Source: Narcine bancroftii (Eukaryota). From it: a DNA stretch of 64,000 nt. Positions 1-12,105 of the stretch are shown in pieces. The position numbers and the translations under genes are program-made. How positions within the stretch are numbered: position 1 is the first letter of the stretch; each line of letters starts with the position of its first letter. Location: NCBI RefSeq assembly GCF_036971445.1, contig NC_091469.1, positions 417,074,001 to 417,138,000 of the forward strand, given 5' to 3'. The notes below the pieces were generated by a model, which was given only the letters and a program-made list of their open reading frames with translations, had not been told where the DNA came from and searched no databases.

Positions 1-65
1 TCGGCCCTCGACTTAGTCCAAGTTTTTAATTTTGGCCCTCTGTGAATTTGAGTTTGACACCCCTG
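1..65. mobile_element. Terminal end of a hAT MITE (rest lies outside the window)
   Basis: Ends gagtttgacacccctg, the reverse complement of a CAGGGGTGTCAAACTC hAT-type TIR. Confidence 0.7.
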
Positions 66-129
66 ATCTACATAAACAGACCTCAATTTTCTTTCTCAAA
101 ATTTGATCTGCAACCTGAATTCACTGTTT

Positions 130-410
130 CAAATTAAGGATTGGCCATTCACGACTGCGATAAAAAGTATTTTCCTAACCCAGGGAATTCCAATTCTTGG
201 GAATTCTGTATACCGAGGGGTTGTGGAGGCTCAGTTACTAGATCTATTCAAAATATGGATCAATAGATTTTTGAATATTATGGGAGTAAAGGGATATGGG
301 TTAGAGCAGGAAAATGGTACTGAAGTGTTCAGCCATGTGAATGTTGAACAAGCATGAGAGTGGCACAATGACCTACTCAGGCTTTTGGTTTTAATGTCCT
401 TATGTTTAGA
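130..410 (+). mobile_element. Degraded CR1 LINE 3' end
   Basis: CR1 3' ORF/UTR-like text (tgggaattctgta...gttgtggaggct...aagggatatggg), similar to the younger CR1 copies in this window. Confidence 0.6.
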
Positions 411-782
411 CTCATGCCACATAAAAACATTTTTGCAATGGAATTAATGTTCTTATGGTTTTCTTGTGCCAACTAAAATTCTCATCAATTCTCCTTTACT
501 TTCTTTTTCATTTGTTTTCTTTCTCACTTTCTTGATTTAAGACATAACTTGTTAGTAATCAATTCTACCCTTTATTAATAATACTACTCTTTCCTCTTAA
601 CTGTTGCTTTTGACACTGGGGTTCTCCGGATTTCATTATAGCCATCTTGTTTATACTGTATATAGTCTTATAGTTGTTCTCTGAACTCACCCACTGCAAG
701 CATCTTTTCAAAGTTACAAAATCAAGAAATAATGCAAATTAGTTGCAATAAAGCTGTTATAATAAATCTTTTATGTCAAAAG

Positions 783-897
783 GCAGAAGACTGTTCAAGA
801 AGCAGAAAGTGGTATAAAAGAGCATTGGAAGAAGCAAGAATGTTGTTAGAGCTCACTCCTGAGGAAAGACTCAAAATGTGCAAGCTCAGCAATGAAG
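783..897 (+). CDS. ZCWPW2: ZCWPW2 internal coding exon (end of PWWP domain), phase 0->1
   Basis: ttttatgtcaaaAG|GCA...GAA G|GTacat. Translates AEDCSRSRKWYKRALEEARMLLELTPEERLKMCKLSNE, matching recalled human ZCWPW2 PEKCKNKKKWYKSALQEACLLYGYSHEQRLEMCCLSK. Confidence 0.88.
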
Positions 898-1601
898 GTA
901 CATCAAACTGCATTTTCATTCATGATCGACATTAGGAATCTGTTGTGGGATAACTTAATTAATATTGTCTATTGAATTTATTGAATGTTTGATTTCTGTA
1001 TATTATAGTCCAAGGTGGGCATTGATAATTATTTCTTAGACTTTTGTTTCATATCTTAAGATTAGCATGACATTCCTTTCCTAAAAAGTGTTGAGGAAAC
1101 TCAGCAGGTCACGTGGCATCCATAGGAAATAAAGGGTAACCAATGTTTAAGGCCTGAGCCTTTGTTAAGTTATGAGCAAAACAACAGACAGGCACCTGAA
1201 TAAAAAAGGGTTGGTGGGGTGGGAGGGAAGAGACAAAGGAGGGAGGGTCAGGGGGAGGAGTACAACTTAACAGGTAAGAGGTCATAGGTGGATCCATGCC
1301 TTCAGGCACTGCTAACCAAGGTCATGCACTGCTAAACCAAAGCCAACCACAAATTGGAGGTATAATACCAAATACAGTAAAATTCCTATTTTCCAGCACT
1401 CAATCAACTGAAAACTCAAACAACCGAGAAAAATGTCAAGAAAATAATTAAATAAATGCATAGATAGACACATTTAAAAATAAATAAACTTAAATTTTTA
1501 AAATTGATTTTAATAAAGAATTTATACAAAAAAGGTACAATTCAATAAGATGATATGGATAGTTACACAAACATAATAAGGCATGCAGTATAACAAAAAA
1601 A

Positions 1602-1890
1602 TACTTCTCAAATTTATTGTTCAGTATGGAGATGAGAGTGTCTTTCCTAATCTTCGTATTGCTATTCAGATAATGCTAACCATTGCTAACCATTGCAGTT
1701 TCCATTGCCAGCTGTGAGAGATCAGTCAGCAAATTAAAACTAATGATTTTGTATTTGAGAGCCTCCATGGGTCAAGGCAGACTCTGATCTTGCTCTTCTG
1801 GATGTAGAAAGAGAAGAAACTGAAAAAACTGACTTTGATCACATTATAGATGAATTTGCATCCGTGAAAGCAAAGAAGGTCCAGTCATAA
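1602..1890 (+). mobile_element. hAT transposase C-terminal dimerisation domain fragment (Tip100/ZMYM1-like), disrupted
   Basis: Translates FPNLRIAIQIMLTIA/VSIASCERSVSKLKLM..YLRASMGQGRL...DFDHIIDEFASVKAKKV; frameshifted by a 10-bp tandem duplication (taaccattgc). Confidence 0.85.
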
Positions 1891-2169
1891 TTTTTATGTC
1901 CTCTTTTATGTTAATTAAAAGATTAGCGAGCTTAACTTGTATTTTTGAACTGATATTATGGTAAAGTTATCTAACATATGTTTGGACAAGGGCACAGAGA
2001 CGCTATTTTCTGTAGATACGCCCCTGCAGGTGTGTGCTGCTTAATGTCCATTTGGGCAATGTCCAACTGCATATACATCTGTGGACCCATAATTATTCAG
2101 TTACAGTGAGCTAATCCGCAGCAATTTCGATCATTAGCTATAGGAAATTGTATATTGTATACCCAAATT

Positions 2170-2375
2170 GATCTGACTGTCCCACTCTCTCCCCACAGCC
2201 CTGTCTCAGTCCAAACTAATCCCACTGCCCTGCTCTCTCCCCAAAGCTCCCTGTCGGTCCCCATACTGGTTCCACTGCCCCACTTTCTCTCCACAGCCTT
2301 TTGTCGGTCCCCACACTGATCCCACTGCCTCGCTCTCTCTCCACAGCTCCGTGTCAGTCTCCACATTGATCCTAC
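2170..2375 (+). repeat. Minisatellite, about 4 copies of a 50-bp unit
   Basis: Units start near 2172, 2221, 2271 and 2321 (cccactgccc..ctctctccacagc..tgtcggtccccacactgat). Confidence 0.85.
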
Positions 2376-2396
2376 TTGCAGATAAAATGTTTACAG

Positions 2397-3210
2397 TGTT
2401 ACAAAGAGCATGTAACGAGCAGCAATAGGCAATGAACGAAAGTGTTAAATTTAAAAACTGTAATTTTATTTCTAACTCTTAAGCGATAACCTTAACTTTT
2501 AAACTATCCTTTATGTGTATGTGTATGATATACCCAAACCATTACAGTCCAGGCCAAAATCGAGACAGTTTCTTCAGAGATTGAATTCAGTTTGGCGTTT
2601 GAAATTTGATACCCAGAATTAAAGATGAACTGATGGGAAGGCTGGAGTTGTGGCTGCTACAGACTCATGAATTCTCCTTGCATTGCCTTTGCTGTGGTCA
2701 TAGCACTCCTGGTCCTTTAGTAGGGAAGACTTGAACTGGGTGGCCTCCACGCAACTTCCAAGACCCTGGCACCGGTCTCTCGAAGTGCCCTTCACTATTA
2801 GTCACAATCAAAATGAAGCACTTTGCTTCCAAAAGGACCCTCCTGGCACGTCAATCCACCGAAAAGGTCGAGTCATTCACAGAGCACGCTTTGCTCTGAA
2901 TATCACAAAAATGGCTGGCCACATGAGCTGCTTCAAAAGGCTGCTTTCTCTTCAGTGGTCAGAATGGTTCTCTCTTGCAAAATCACAATGTCTTTGCAAA
3001 TGTATAGAAACAGGAACAGACTGTGACAAGTCTTCCCTCAGTTCCTCCAATGTATCGAATTGTCATTGGGCTGTGATTTGTGTTGTAATGGTGCTTGCAC
3101 GAAATGTTACATGTTTACTGTGACCATTCATTTCCTACTGTCTATACTATCCCTTGCCATGATGATCCCATTTTACTAAAATGGAAGCTCTTAATAACAG
3201 GGACACTACA
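2397..3210 (-). mobile_element. Probable LTR-like (Gypsy) remnant
   Basis: TGT...ACA termini, AATAAA on the minus strand near the 3' end, non-coding interior. No TSD found. Confidence 0.4.
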
Positions 3211-3597
3211 GTATCCCATATAGCTTTGCTAAGTGATGTTAATATGATGTTCACATAATGTCCATATCACATAACACCCAATTTCACAGAATATATCGTG
3301 GACATTAATTGATGCATACATTGAGTGTACAATCTCCTTATAGACATCACAGGATTCAAACCCTGGTATTGATTTCTGGTGCTGTAAAGGCATTACATTA
3401 ATCACTACACTAACCATGCCACCCCATAGTATTATTTCCTGTTTTAAGATTTGTTCTACTTTTGATCTGTTTACATAGGGGGTTCACTTAGGGGTCATTT
3501 TCTGTTTTCTGGCAATGGCCAGGTTTCAATGTCTCTGGGTCATAGAGGTGCAATCTTTATATTATTAAGTATGTTGTTAGGGCCTTATCTGTAAACT

Positions 3598-3845
3598 CAG
3601 GGGAAGGGGGCAGGTTAATTATGACAATGGCACAGCTAGTGTAGCAGCTAGCGCAATGCTATTACAGCGCTAACGACCAGGGTTCGAATTTCAAGGAAGG
3701 TGCACTTTGGGCCTGACTGGAGACTTGCAGGTAAATGAGTCAGGTTGTCAGCGTGAGGGGAGGAGGTTAATTATGATGGTGGCGTGGTTAGTATAGTGGC
3801 TAGGGCAATGCTATTAAAGTGCAAGCGCCCAAGGTTTGAATTTAA
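3598..3845 (+). repeat. Two tandem tRNA-derived SINE head copies
   Basis: ggttaattatga..ggc..tagc/gcaatgctatta..ggtt(c/t)gaattt occurs at about 3598-3692 and 3755-3845, with A/B-box-like motifs. Confidence 0.6.
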
Positions 3846-4624
3846 TTTTTTGAAGTTACGGGAATTAGCTGATCAAGGGGAATTTAACATAATTAAAGAC
3901 AACTTCACTGACTTTTTTTCAAATTACTTTACTTTTTCCACTGTCTTTTGTCTTTTAAACAGTGTATTCTTAATGCAGGTGGCTTAGGCATTGAAAATGC
4001 GAGTCTCATTCAACCAGAAAATTCACATACCTAATACCCGCAATCCCCATAGGTGCCGGATAATGGTGATTTTACTGTATTCTATCTGGGCACTCTCCAA
4101 CCAGTTGGAATTAACATTAAGTTCTCCATAAGCTACTCTTCCAAGTCTTTCTCTTCCCTTTTTCCTTTGTCTCCTTTCCTTCAGTTCCTCACCCACTTCT
4201 CATCCTTCTCAGAGAGCTATCCCCTCCCCCATCACTTCTCTGCTTTTTTCTCTTCTACATCCCACTAATATCCACGTAAGACCTCTTATCTGTAGTCTGT
4301 AGTCAACCCCTTCTCCTTTCTCCCTCCTCTTCTCCTCCCCCACCTTTTTATTCAGGCATCTTCCTGCTTTTGCTCATACCTTGATGAAGGGTTCAAGCCC
4401 AAAACATTGGTTACCTTTTACTTATAAATGCTACATGACCTGGTGAGTTTCTCCAGTACTTTTGTGTAATCCATTACAATCAGTGTCTGCAGATTTTCTT
4501 GTTTAAATCCTTTCACACCTGTTCTTTCAGGTGAACTATAACTTGCATAAACAAAGCACCTTTGAAACCTTAAAGAACTAATTAGTTACCAAGAACTGTA
4601 AATCAACAAAGGATTGGTTACATT

Positions 4625-7230
4625 ATCCATAGAACATTACAGCACAGAATCAGGTCCTTCAGCCCTTCTAGTCTGTGCCAAACTATTTTTCTGCCTGGTC
4701 CCACTTACCTGCACCCAGTCCATAGCTCTTCATATCCCTTCCATCCATGTACCTACCTGTCCAAATTCTTCTTAATCTTAAAACTGAGCCTGCATTCACC
4801 ACTTCAGCTGAGTGCTCATTCCACATTCCCACCACTCTGCGTGAAGTTCCCCCAGTGTTTCCTAATCAAGTATTTTTTGAACTGTACCATTCATGTTTCC
4901 TTTATTCAAAAGATAAAAATTGTGCAATTTATTTAAAACTGTAGAAGATAGAAGTGAAATTCATACAAGGAACAGTAAATCAATGACACTGAATAAGGTT
5001 GTTCAACTCACTTTTTGGTTCTTTGCTAAAATAATCAGAAAATAAAAAATAGCTATGCTCCTCTTTCCTCATTCTTCATAATTACATCTGCATCAAATAT
5101 TCACCCATTCTTTCCTTAAAAGATCAAATTATCTCAGCATCAGTTATTCCCAATGACAAAGCTTTCCATAATCCAATAACTAGAAATGTTTAATGTCTAA
5201 GATTTACATATCCTTTTGAAAATTTCCCAAAAAAATCCCTTTCAAAGAAATTGTGCTTGGGCATTAGTGTGGATTAGAAACCTATAGCCTTTCAGCCCAT
5301 GGTATTGTACTGAAAATAACCTGCTCTGTCAACTGCTTCGAATTTCCTTATTGCATAACCCTCCATTTTTCTCAGTTCCATGTACATAGCTAATGTTCCT
5401 TAAAATATATTTTTGTACCTTCTTCCACCACTGTTGCTGGCAGCACACTTCATGGACCCACCACTCTCTGTGTGGAAAACCTACCTTTTACATCCCCCCT
5501 GTATTTGTAAGTATCTAAAATCTATGCCCCTTCTTGTTAGCCATTTCAACCCTGGGAAAAAGCTTCTGACCATCCATACAATCAAGGCCACTCATCATCT
5601 CTATCAAATCACCCCTTATCGTCTGTCGCTGCAAGGAGAAAAGACCAGGTTTACTTAACCTATCCTCTTATCGCAGGCACTCCTTTCCAGGCAGCATCCT
5701 TGTAAATTGCTTCTGTATACTCTCTATAGTATCCACATCCTTCCTGTATTGAGGTGATCATAACTGAACACCGTATTTTGTGGCATTCTAATTAAGGTCT
5801 TGCATAGCTGGAACATTTCTTTATTGCCATGGTTAATGAAGGCAAACACACCATATGCCTTCTTAACAACACTGTCAACTTGTGGAGCAGAATTGAGTGT
5901 GCCATGGATACAGGCAGTGAGATCTCCCAGATGTGTTATTGCCCCCTTCCTGTTCCTGATTCAGTAAGCAATCTTTCAACTACTTCTCCATTTTCTGCAG
6001 ACATGATAGTATCCCTGATCTGCAATGTGACTCACCCACCTCTTTTACCTCCCTCCTTATTCTTTTTGAAACATCTTAAGCCTAGCATGTTCAGCAACTA
6101 TTCCTGCCCTGAGATGGCCAAATATCTATAAAGGCCGCAACATCATAGTTCCATGTATTGGCCCTGACCTCATCTGCTTTATTTCTGATAAAAGCACAGA
6201 AATACTGGATAAACTCAGCAACTGTTGCATCGTCCATAGAAGGTAAAGATATATTACTGACATTTCAGGCCTAAGCCCTTCCAGCCCTTTACTACATTCA
6301 GAGTGTCTGCAGACTTTCGTGTTTTGTTCTATTACCAATACACCTTACATTATACAGTACGTAATCTTTTATCAGAAATTTTGAAAACTGAAAACCAAAC
6401 ATTTTTTTACTGCATGTACAGTATATTTTCACGTGTTTGGCTTAGTTTGAGCTAGCTTAAGTTTGAAGTTTTAGTGTATGTTTTACTTAAAATACAGGGA
6501 TTGTCCTCCAACAGAATTTCATCCACCCTGCTAAAAGGATATTTGACAGAGGGAGTGGATCAGGGAGAAAGCGGCAGCGCAGCTTGGGTGGGCGGGGAGA
6601 GAGCAGCAGCGCGACTTGGGCAGGCGAGCGGGGAGAGAGCAGCCCATCTTAATCTCACTTCATTTACCACCCCCTCCATCCGATGCCAACGCAACCTACC
6701 CACCCCCTGCAATTACTTAAAGGTACTGCCATTTTAATATTATTCCGTTATCCAAAAAATTACAAAATACGTAAAGTGTTTAGTCCCAAGGATTTCAGAT
6801 AAAAGATTAAGCACCTGTATTACACACATTTCAACCCATCCAAATTGCTGCATGTGCACTCTGTCCATTGACTGGCCTTCCTCACAGTCTCACTACAAAT
6901 AGCATCTACCATTTCACCAAATGCTCCATCATAACCTTACACTCTGGTTCTCAACCCCCTGCCTAGCTAGTTTAAATTCTCCCCAAGAGCTTTAGGAAAC
7001 CTGTCTGCAAGAATATTGGCCCTTCTCCAGTTGAGGTGTAACCTGACCTTTTTGTATAGGCCATTCCTTTCCCAGAGAAGATCCTAATGATCCACAAACC
7101 TGAACCCCTGGCCCCTGCACCAACTCCTCAGCCATATAATTATCTGTCATAACTCTATTCTTGCGTGGCCAAGGGAATAATCCAGTGATTACCGCTCTTG
7201 AGTTCCTGCTACGGTTTTTCCCTGGTAGGT
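4625..7230 (-). mobile_element. Cluster of degraded CR1 fragments
   Basis: CR1 3' tails (atagaacattacagcacagaa) at about 4625 and 5275; RT C-terminal remnants at 5650-5900; ORF1/ORF2-junction-like text at 6820-7230. Confidence 0.6.
6355..6817. mobile_element. Tigger-type MITE
   Basis: TA|cagtacgtaatcttttatcagaaat ... atttcagataaaagattaagcacctg|TA, imperfect TIRs. Confidence 0.65.
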
Positions 7231-7784
7231 TGTTCCCTCACCAAGAATATCTTAAACAGTATACTTTCTATTGAGGGGAATGACCACCTACTGCCTATTT
7301 TCTTTCCTTCTGTTGACAGTCATCCAGTTATTTGCTTCCTATCTCTTAGGTGCGACTGTTTCCCTATAACTCTTGTTTCAAATGATTAGGAGTCCATCTA
7401 GCTCCAGCTCTATTTCCTATATTTCTCATATCCTGCAAGAGGAGCATACTACTGGTTGCCATTCCCACTGCTCAGATTGTGGCTTTTTCCCTGAGTGCTA
7501 CTGTCACCTGCACTATCTCCTCAGCGTCTGCTCACTGAAGTCTTTCGAGCTAAAGCCTCAAAGTCCTTATGTCCTAAAATATATTGCTGCTGCAATGGAC
7601 TAGAAATGGATGGTAGGTTGAAAAGTGTATTAATGAGGCTTGGTTGATGCTTTAATTGGCTGTATTGTGATTTTTTTTTTTGTCTCACTTTCTCAAGATA
7701 CTTTTCTGCCAAGAATTTTGACAACCATATTTGAACAAAAATGACTTTCTAAAGGAGAACAATATTATTTTCAGATTTTGGTCA

Positions 7785-8990
7785 GAATTCAGATTTATTA
7801 TCAGAATACATACATGACATCATATGCAACCTTGAGATTCTTTTTCCTGCGGGCAAAGCAGAATTACGACTTATTGGTAGTGCAGGAAAAAAAATCTGTA
7901 TACAGTATCAAACAAACATGTTAACAAATAAAAAAAACTAAATAGATAAAAAATGTAAACAAACTGACTGCAATACAGAGAAAATTTAAAAAATCAGTAA
8001 AGGGCACAAGTGGAAGTCCTTAAATGAGTCCCTGATTGAGTTTGTTGTTGAGGAGACTGATGGTGGAGGGGTAGCAGCTGTTCCTGAACTTGGTGGTGCG
8101 AGTCTTGTGACAGCTATACCTCTTTCCTGATGGCAGCAGCGAGAACAGAGGGTGTGCTGGGTGGTATGGATCCTTGATGATTGTTGCTGCTTTCCGACTG
8201 CAACATTCCCTGTAGATGTTCTCAATAGTGGGGAAGGGTTTTATCTGTGACATCCTGGGCTGTGTTCACTACCTTTTGAAGGGCTTTACACTTGGGTGCA
8301 TTGGTGTCCCATACCAGACCAATGATGCAGCTGGTCAGCACACTTTGCACCACATCTATAGAAATTTGCCAGGTTTTCTGGTGTCATACCAAACCTCTGC
8401 AGGTGCTGACGTGCTATCTTCATGATTCTATTTATGTGTTGGGTCCAGGAAAGATCCTTCAAGATAGTAACTCCAAAGAACTTAAATTTGCTCACCCTCC
8501 ACCTCTGATTCTCCCAATGATCACTGAATTGTATACCTCTGATTTTCCCTTCCTGAAGTCAACATTTATCAGCTCCTTAGTTTTGGTAACATTGAGTGCA
8601 AGGTTGTTGTTGGTTCACTATTCAGCCAAGTTTTCCATCTCCCTCCTGCATGCTGACTCATCACCTTTCTTTTATACAACCCACTACACTGGTATTGTTG
8701 GCAAATTTGTAGATGCTGTAATTGTGATACTGAGCCACACAGTGGTAGGTGTAAAATGAGTAGAGCAGGGGGATAAAAACACAGCCCTGTGGTGCTCCAG
8801 TACTGATAGAGATTGTGGAGGAGATGTTCTTATCAATCTTCACTGATAATGGTCTGGTGAGGAAATCCATGATCTAATTACAAAGTGGGGTTTTGAGTCC
8901 TAGGTTTTGGACTTATTGATGATCAGTTTTGAGGGGATGATGGTGTTAAAAGCCAAACTATACTCAATAAAGAGCATCCTGATGAATGGA
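7785..8990 (-). mobile_element. Rex1/Babar non-LTR retrotransposon, 5'-truncated
   Basis: Minus-strand ORFs: DFLTRPLSV...STGAPQGCV..PLLYS..IYKFANNT, FKFFGVTILKDLSWTQH, IIKDPYHPAHPLFSLLPSGKRY...FRNSCYP; tctgaa-type tail near 7785. Confidence 0.85.
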
Positions 8991-9201
8991 TTTTTACTGA
9001 TGTCACCAACAGTATGTTATTGAACATACATAAATATTTTCTAAATGGCAGAAGAATAATATAAACAAACATATGCAGAGCTGAAATCCATGACACCAAT
9101 ACCATTCAACCTGGAGCAAAAAAGCTAAATGCTGGAGGAAGTCAGTGGTTCAAGCAGCATCCATGGAAACAAAGCAATGGTTGATGTCTAAGGTCATGAT
9201 T

Positions 9202-10262
9202 TAGGAACATAGGAAGTAGGAACAGGAGTAGGCCAAAAATGGCCCATCGAGCCTGCTCCGCCATTCAATACGATCATGGCTGATCTAATTTATGACCTAA
9301 CTCCACCTACCTGCCTTCTCCCCATATCCCCTAATTCCTCTATCATGTAACAGTTTATCTAACCGAATTTTAAATATGTTTAATGAGGCAGCCTCAACCA
9401 CTTCCCTGGTTAGAGAATTTCAAACATTCACTACTCTCTGGGAAAAACTATTTTTCCTCATCTCTGTCCTAAATCTACTCCCCCGAATCTTGAGACTGTG
9501 TCCTCTCATTTTAGTTTCCCCGGCCAGCTCAAAAAAACCTTCCTACATCTATCCTATCCATACCCTTCATAATCCTATATGTTTCTATAAGATCTCCTCT
9601 CTTCTGAACTCGAGCGAATACAATCCTAGATGATTTAATCTTTCATCATAAGTCAACCCCTTCATCCCAGGGATCAACCTAGTAAACCTCCTCTGGACCG
9701 TCTCCAAAGCCAGTATATCCTTCCTCAAATATGGAGACTCCAGGTGTGGTCTCACCAGTACCTTATACAGTTGCAACATTACCTCCCTACTCCTGAATTC
9801 AATTCCTCTAGCGATGAAGGCCAACATTCCATTTGCCTTCTTAATAACCTGCTGCACCTGTAACCTAACTTTTTGCGATTCATGCACAAGCACTCCCAAG
9901 TCCCTCTGCACAACAGCATGCTGTAGTTTTTCACCCTTTAAATAATATTCAGCTCTTTTATTTTTCTTGCCAAAGAGGATAACCTCACACTTACTAACAT
10001 TGTTCTCCATCTGCCAGACCTTTGCCCACTCATCCAGCTTAACTATATCCCTCTGCAGACTCTCCACATCCTCATTACAATTTGCTCTTCCACTCAATTT
10101 GGTGTCATCCGCAAACTTGGCTTCACCACATTTTGTCCCCTCCTCCAAGTCATCAATGTAAATGATGAACAGTTGTGGGCCTAACACTGACCCCTGCGGA
10201 ACCCCACTTACCACTCTCTGCCAACCTGAAAAACTCCCATTTATCCCGACTCTCTGCCTCCT
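9202..10262 (-). mobile_element. Relatively young 5'-truncated CR1 LINE
   Basis: ORF 9585..10214: SGVPQGSVLGPQLFIIYIDDL..KFADDTKL...LGLYSLEFRR; 3' tail ttccta repeats at 9202-9230. Confidence 0.93.
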
Positions 10263-10639
10263 GTCATGTTCTATTGCAGGGTTTTGGTTTTAAGCTCCCG
10301 ATTTCTGCATTAACAGTCTTGTATTTTCACTGCACACAGGAGGATCATACAAAAAATCTTGAAGTACCAAGATAAATATATTTTATTCCCACTTATTTAC
10401 CCCTAATTATGTCCTCTGTTTTTGTTTTGTGAATAGTTGACTCAAAACATGCTAAATTATTGCATGTTTTAGAACTTCCAGTAATTCATTAGAGCAGAAG
10501 CATCTGTTTATTGATGTTGAATGTGCCATTAGAATTGTAAAACATTTATATTACTGTGAAATGCAACCTGTAGATTTATGTATTCATCATAAAGATGTAG
10601 TTTATCATTAAGGACAATGAAAAGTGAATAGATTGACCT

Positions 10640-11510
10640 CAATACATCACAACTCCCAACCTCAATCCTCCCATCAGGTCACCTTTAAATTTGTCCTCTC
10701 TTGTCTTAAATCTATGCCCCCTAGTTTTAGATACCCCCCCACACTGGGGGTAAAGGCTCCTCATGATTTTACAAACTTCTAAAGGGACTCCCTTAGTTTC
10801 CTGTGTTTCAAAAAGAATCTTTTCTTAAAATTTAATCCCAGCAATATTCTCATGAATATTTTCTGCACCTCCTCTAGTTTAATAATATCTTTCCTATAGC
10901 TACGTGATCAAAATTGCACACTATACTTCTAATGCAGTGTCACCAATGTCTTGTACAATTATATCATGATCTCCCTGCTTCTGTGCTCAATGCTATGATT
11001 GATGAAAGAAAGCATGCTGAACACTTCTTTCCCACCCTGTTTGCAATGATTTGCCACTTTTATGGAACTAAATGTAGACCCTGACTTACAATATGGTTCA
11101 ATTTCGGGGCTCACATCATAAGAAGAAATTATCTTAATTTGAAATCGGGCAAAAAATCATGGGATTTCATTCAAAAAATGCGAGATTTGCCGAATAAACG
11201 CGAGATTTTGCCAAAAAACATGAGAACAGAACCATCATAACTTTGAAATATCATATGTCGTGACATCATAAGTAGGAGTCTATCTGCATGTATGATTATT
11301 CCTTGGTCTCTTTGTTTTATAAGACTCCCCAGGGCTCTACCATTCACTGGGTTAGTCCTGCCTTGCTGCAACTTGTCTGAGTTAAATTCCATTATCCATA
11401 CATTAGCCCACTTTCTCAAGTGATCTAGATCCTGTTGTAATCTCAAATAACCTTCTTCACTGTTTACCATTCCATCAAATTTGATAATATCTGCAAAATT
11501 ACTAAACATG
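10640..11510 (-). mobile_element. Degraded CR1 fragment
   Basis: ORF 11171..11509: SNFADIIKFDGMVNSEEGYLRLQQDLD..WANVW.MEFN. Confidence 0.75.
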
Positions 11511-11511
11511 C

Positions 11512-12105
11512 TACTGTATATTTTGGCTTATAAATCGACCGGCAGATAAATCGACCCTCCTTTTTCAGCTTCATTTTAAGAGTTTTATCAAATTTTGGAC
11601 ACACAAGTCTACCCCCACAAATTGTGATGCCTGAGATGTTGGTCGTTTGTCAGCGTATAAGTTGACCCCCAAAAATCGCGGTGATTGATCTGCAGGGCGT
11701 TGGCTGGAGGTGATTGTTATCATGGAGGCACCATCAAAACGATGAAAGAATGAAACTAGTTTTAAAGTAAAAGTGATAGAAATGGCCTGGAAAACCAACA
11801 ACTGTTCTGCTGCGAGAAAATTTGAGATATATGAGAAGTTGGTAAGAGATTGAAGGAAGAAAGAAGAGACTTTAAGAAAAATATCAAAAAGCAATATGCG
11901 ATGACAAGAGGAATCACTTGTTGGCCAGAGTTGGAAAATCATGTTGCAGAATGGGTATGCGAACAGAGGCAAAATTGTTACACTGTCACTCAAAATAAAA
12001 TGAGAACATTTGCACTGAAGTGGATGAAGTCGCTCCCAGGTCTCAGTAAAGATTTTGAAGCTACAGTAGGCTGTTGCAACTGTTTAATGAACAGGAAACA
12101 TTTTA
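11512..12105 (+). mobile_element. pogo-family transposon left arm with BrkDBD/CENP-B HTH remnant
   Basis: Starts tactgtatattttggcttataa; translates FKVKVIEMA..TNNCSAARKFEIYEKLVRD and WPELENHVAEWVCEQRQN...FEATVGC. Confidence 0.8.

Larger units (their letters stand above)
1375..4077. mobile_element. Tigger/pogo-type non-autonomous element carrying nested insertions
   Basis: TA|cagtaaaattcctattttccagcac ... gtgccggataatggtgattttactg|TA: matching TIRs with a TA target duplication. Confidence 0.75.
1085..4505 (+). mobile_element. Penelope-like element remnant with inverted terminal-repeat copy, split by a Tigger insertion
   Basis: GIY-YIG C-terminal remnant KLE..QI|FYLGTLQPVGINIKFS joins across 1374/4080; 1085-1300 is an approximate reverse complement of 4270-4465. 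Confidence 0.65.

Noticed and set aside
732-935. ORF-track starts at 732, 33226 and 48277 as standalone small genes
   Set aside because: They are spliced exons of ZCWPW2 extended into intron sequence.
1602-1890. Domesticated ZMYM/ZBED-like host gene exon
   Set aside because: Frameshifted, has no splice context, and is embedded within another transposon.
2170-2375. Regularly spaced repeats as a CRISPR-like array
   Set aside because: The units are contiguous 50-bp copies with no unique spacers, in a eukaryotic context with no cas genes; it is a minisatellite.
4518-4612. Possible ZCWPW2 exon after cctgttctttcAG
   Set aside because: Stop codons in all three frames before any convincing donor.
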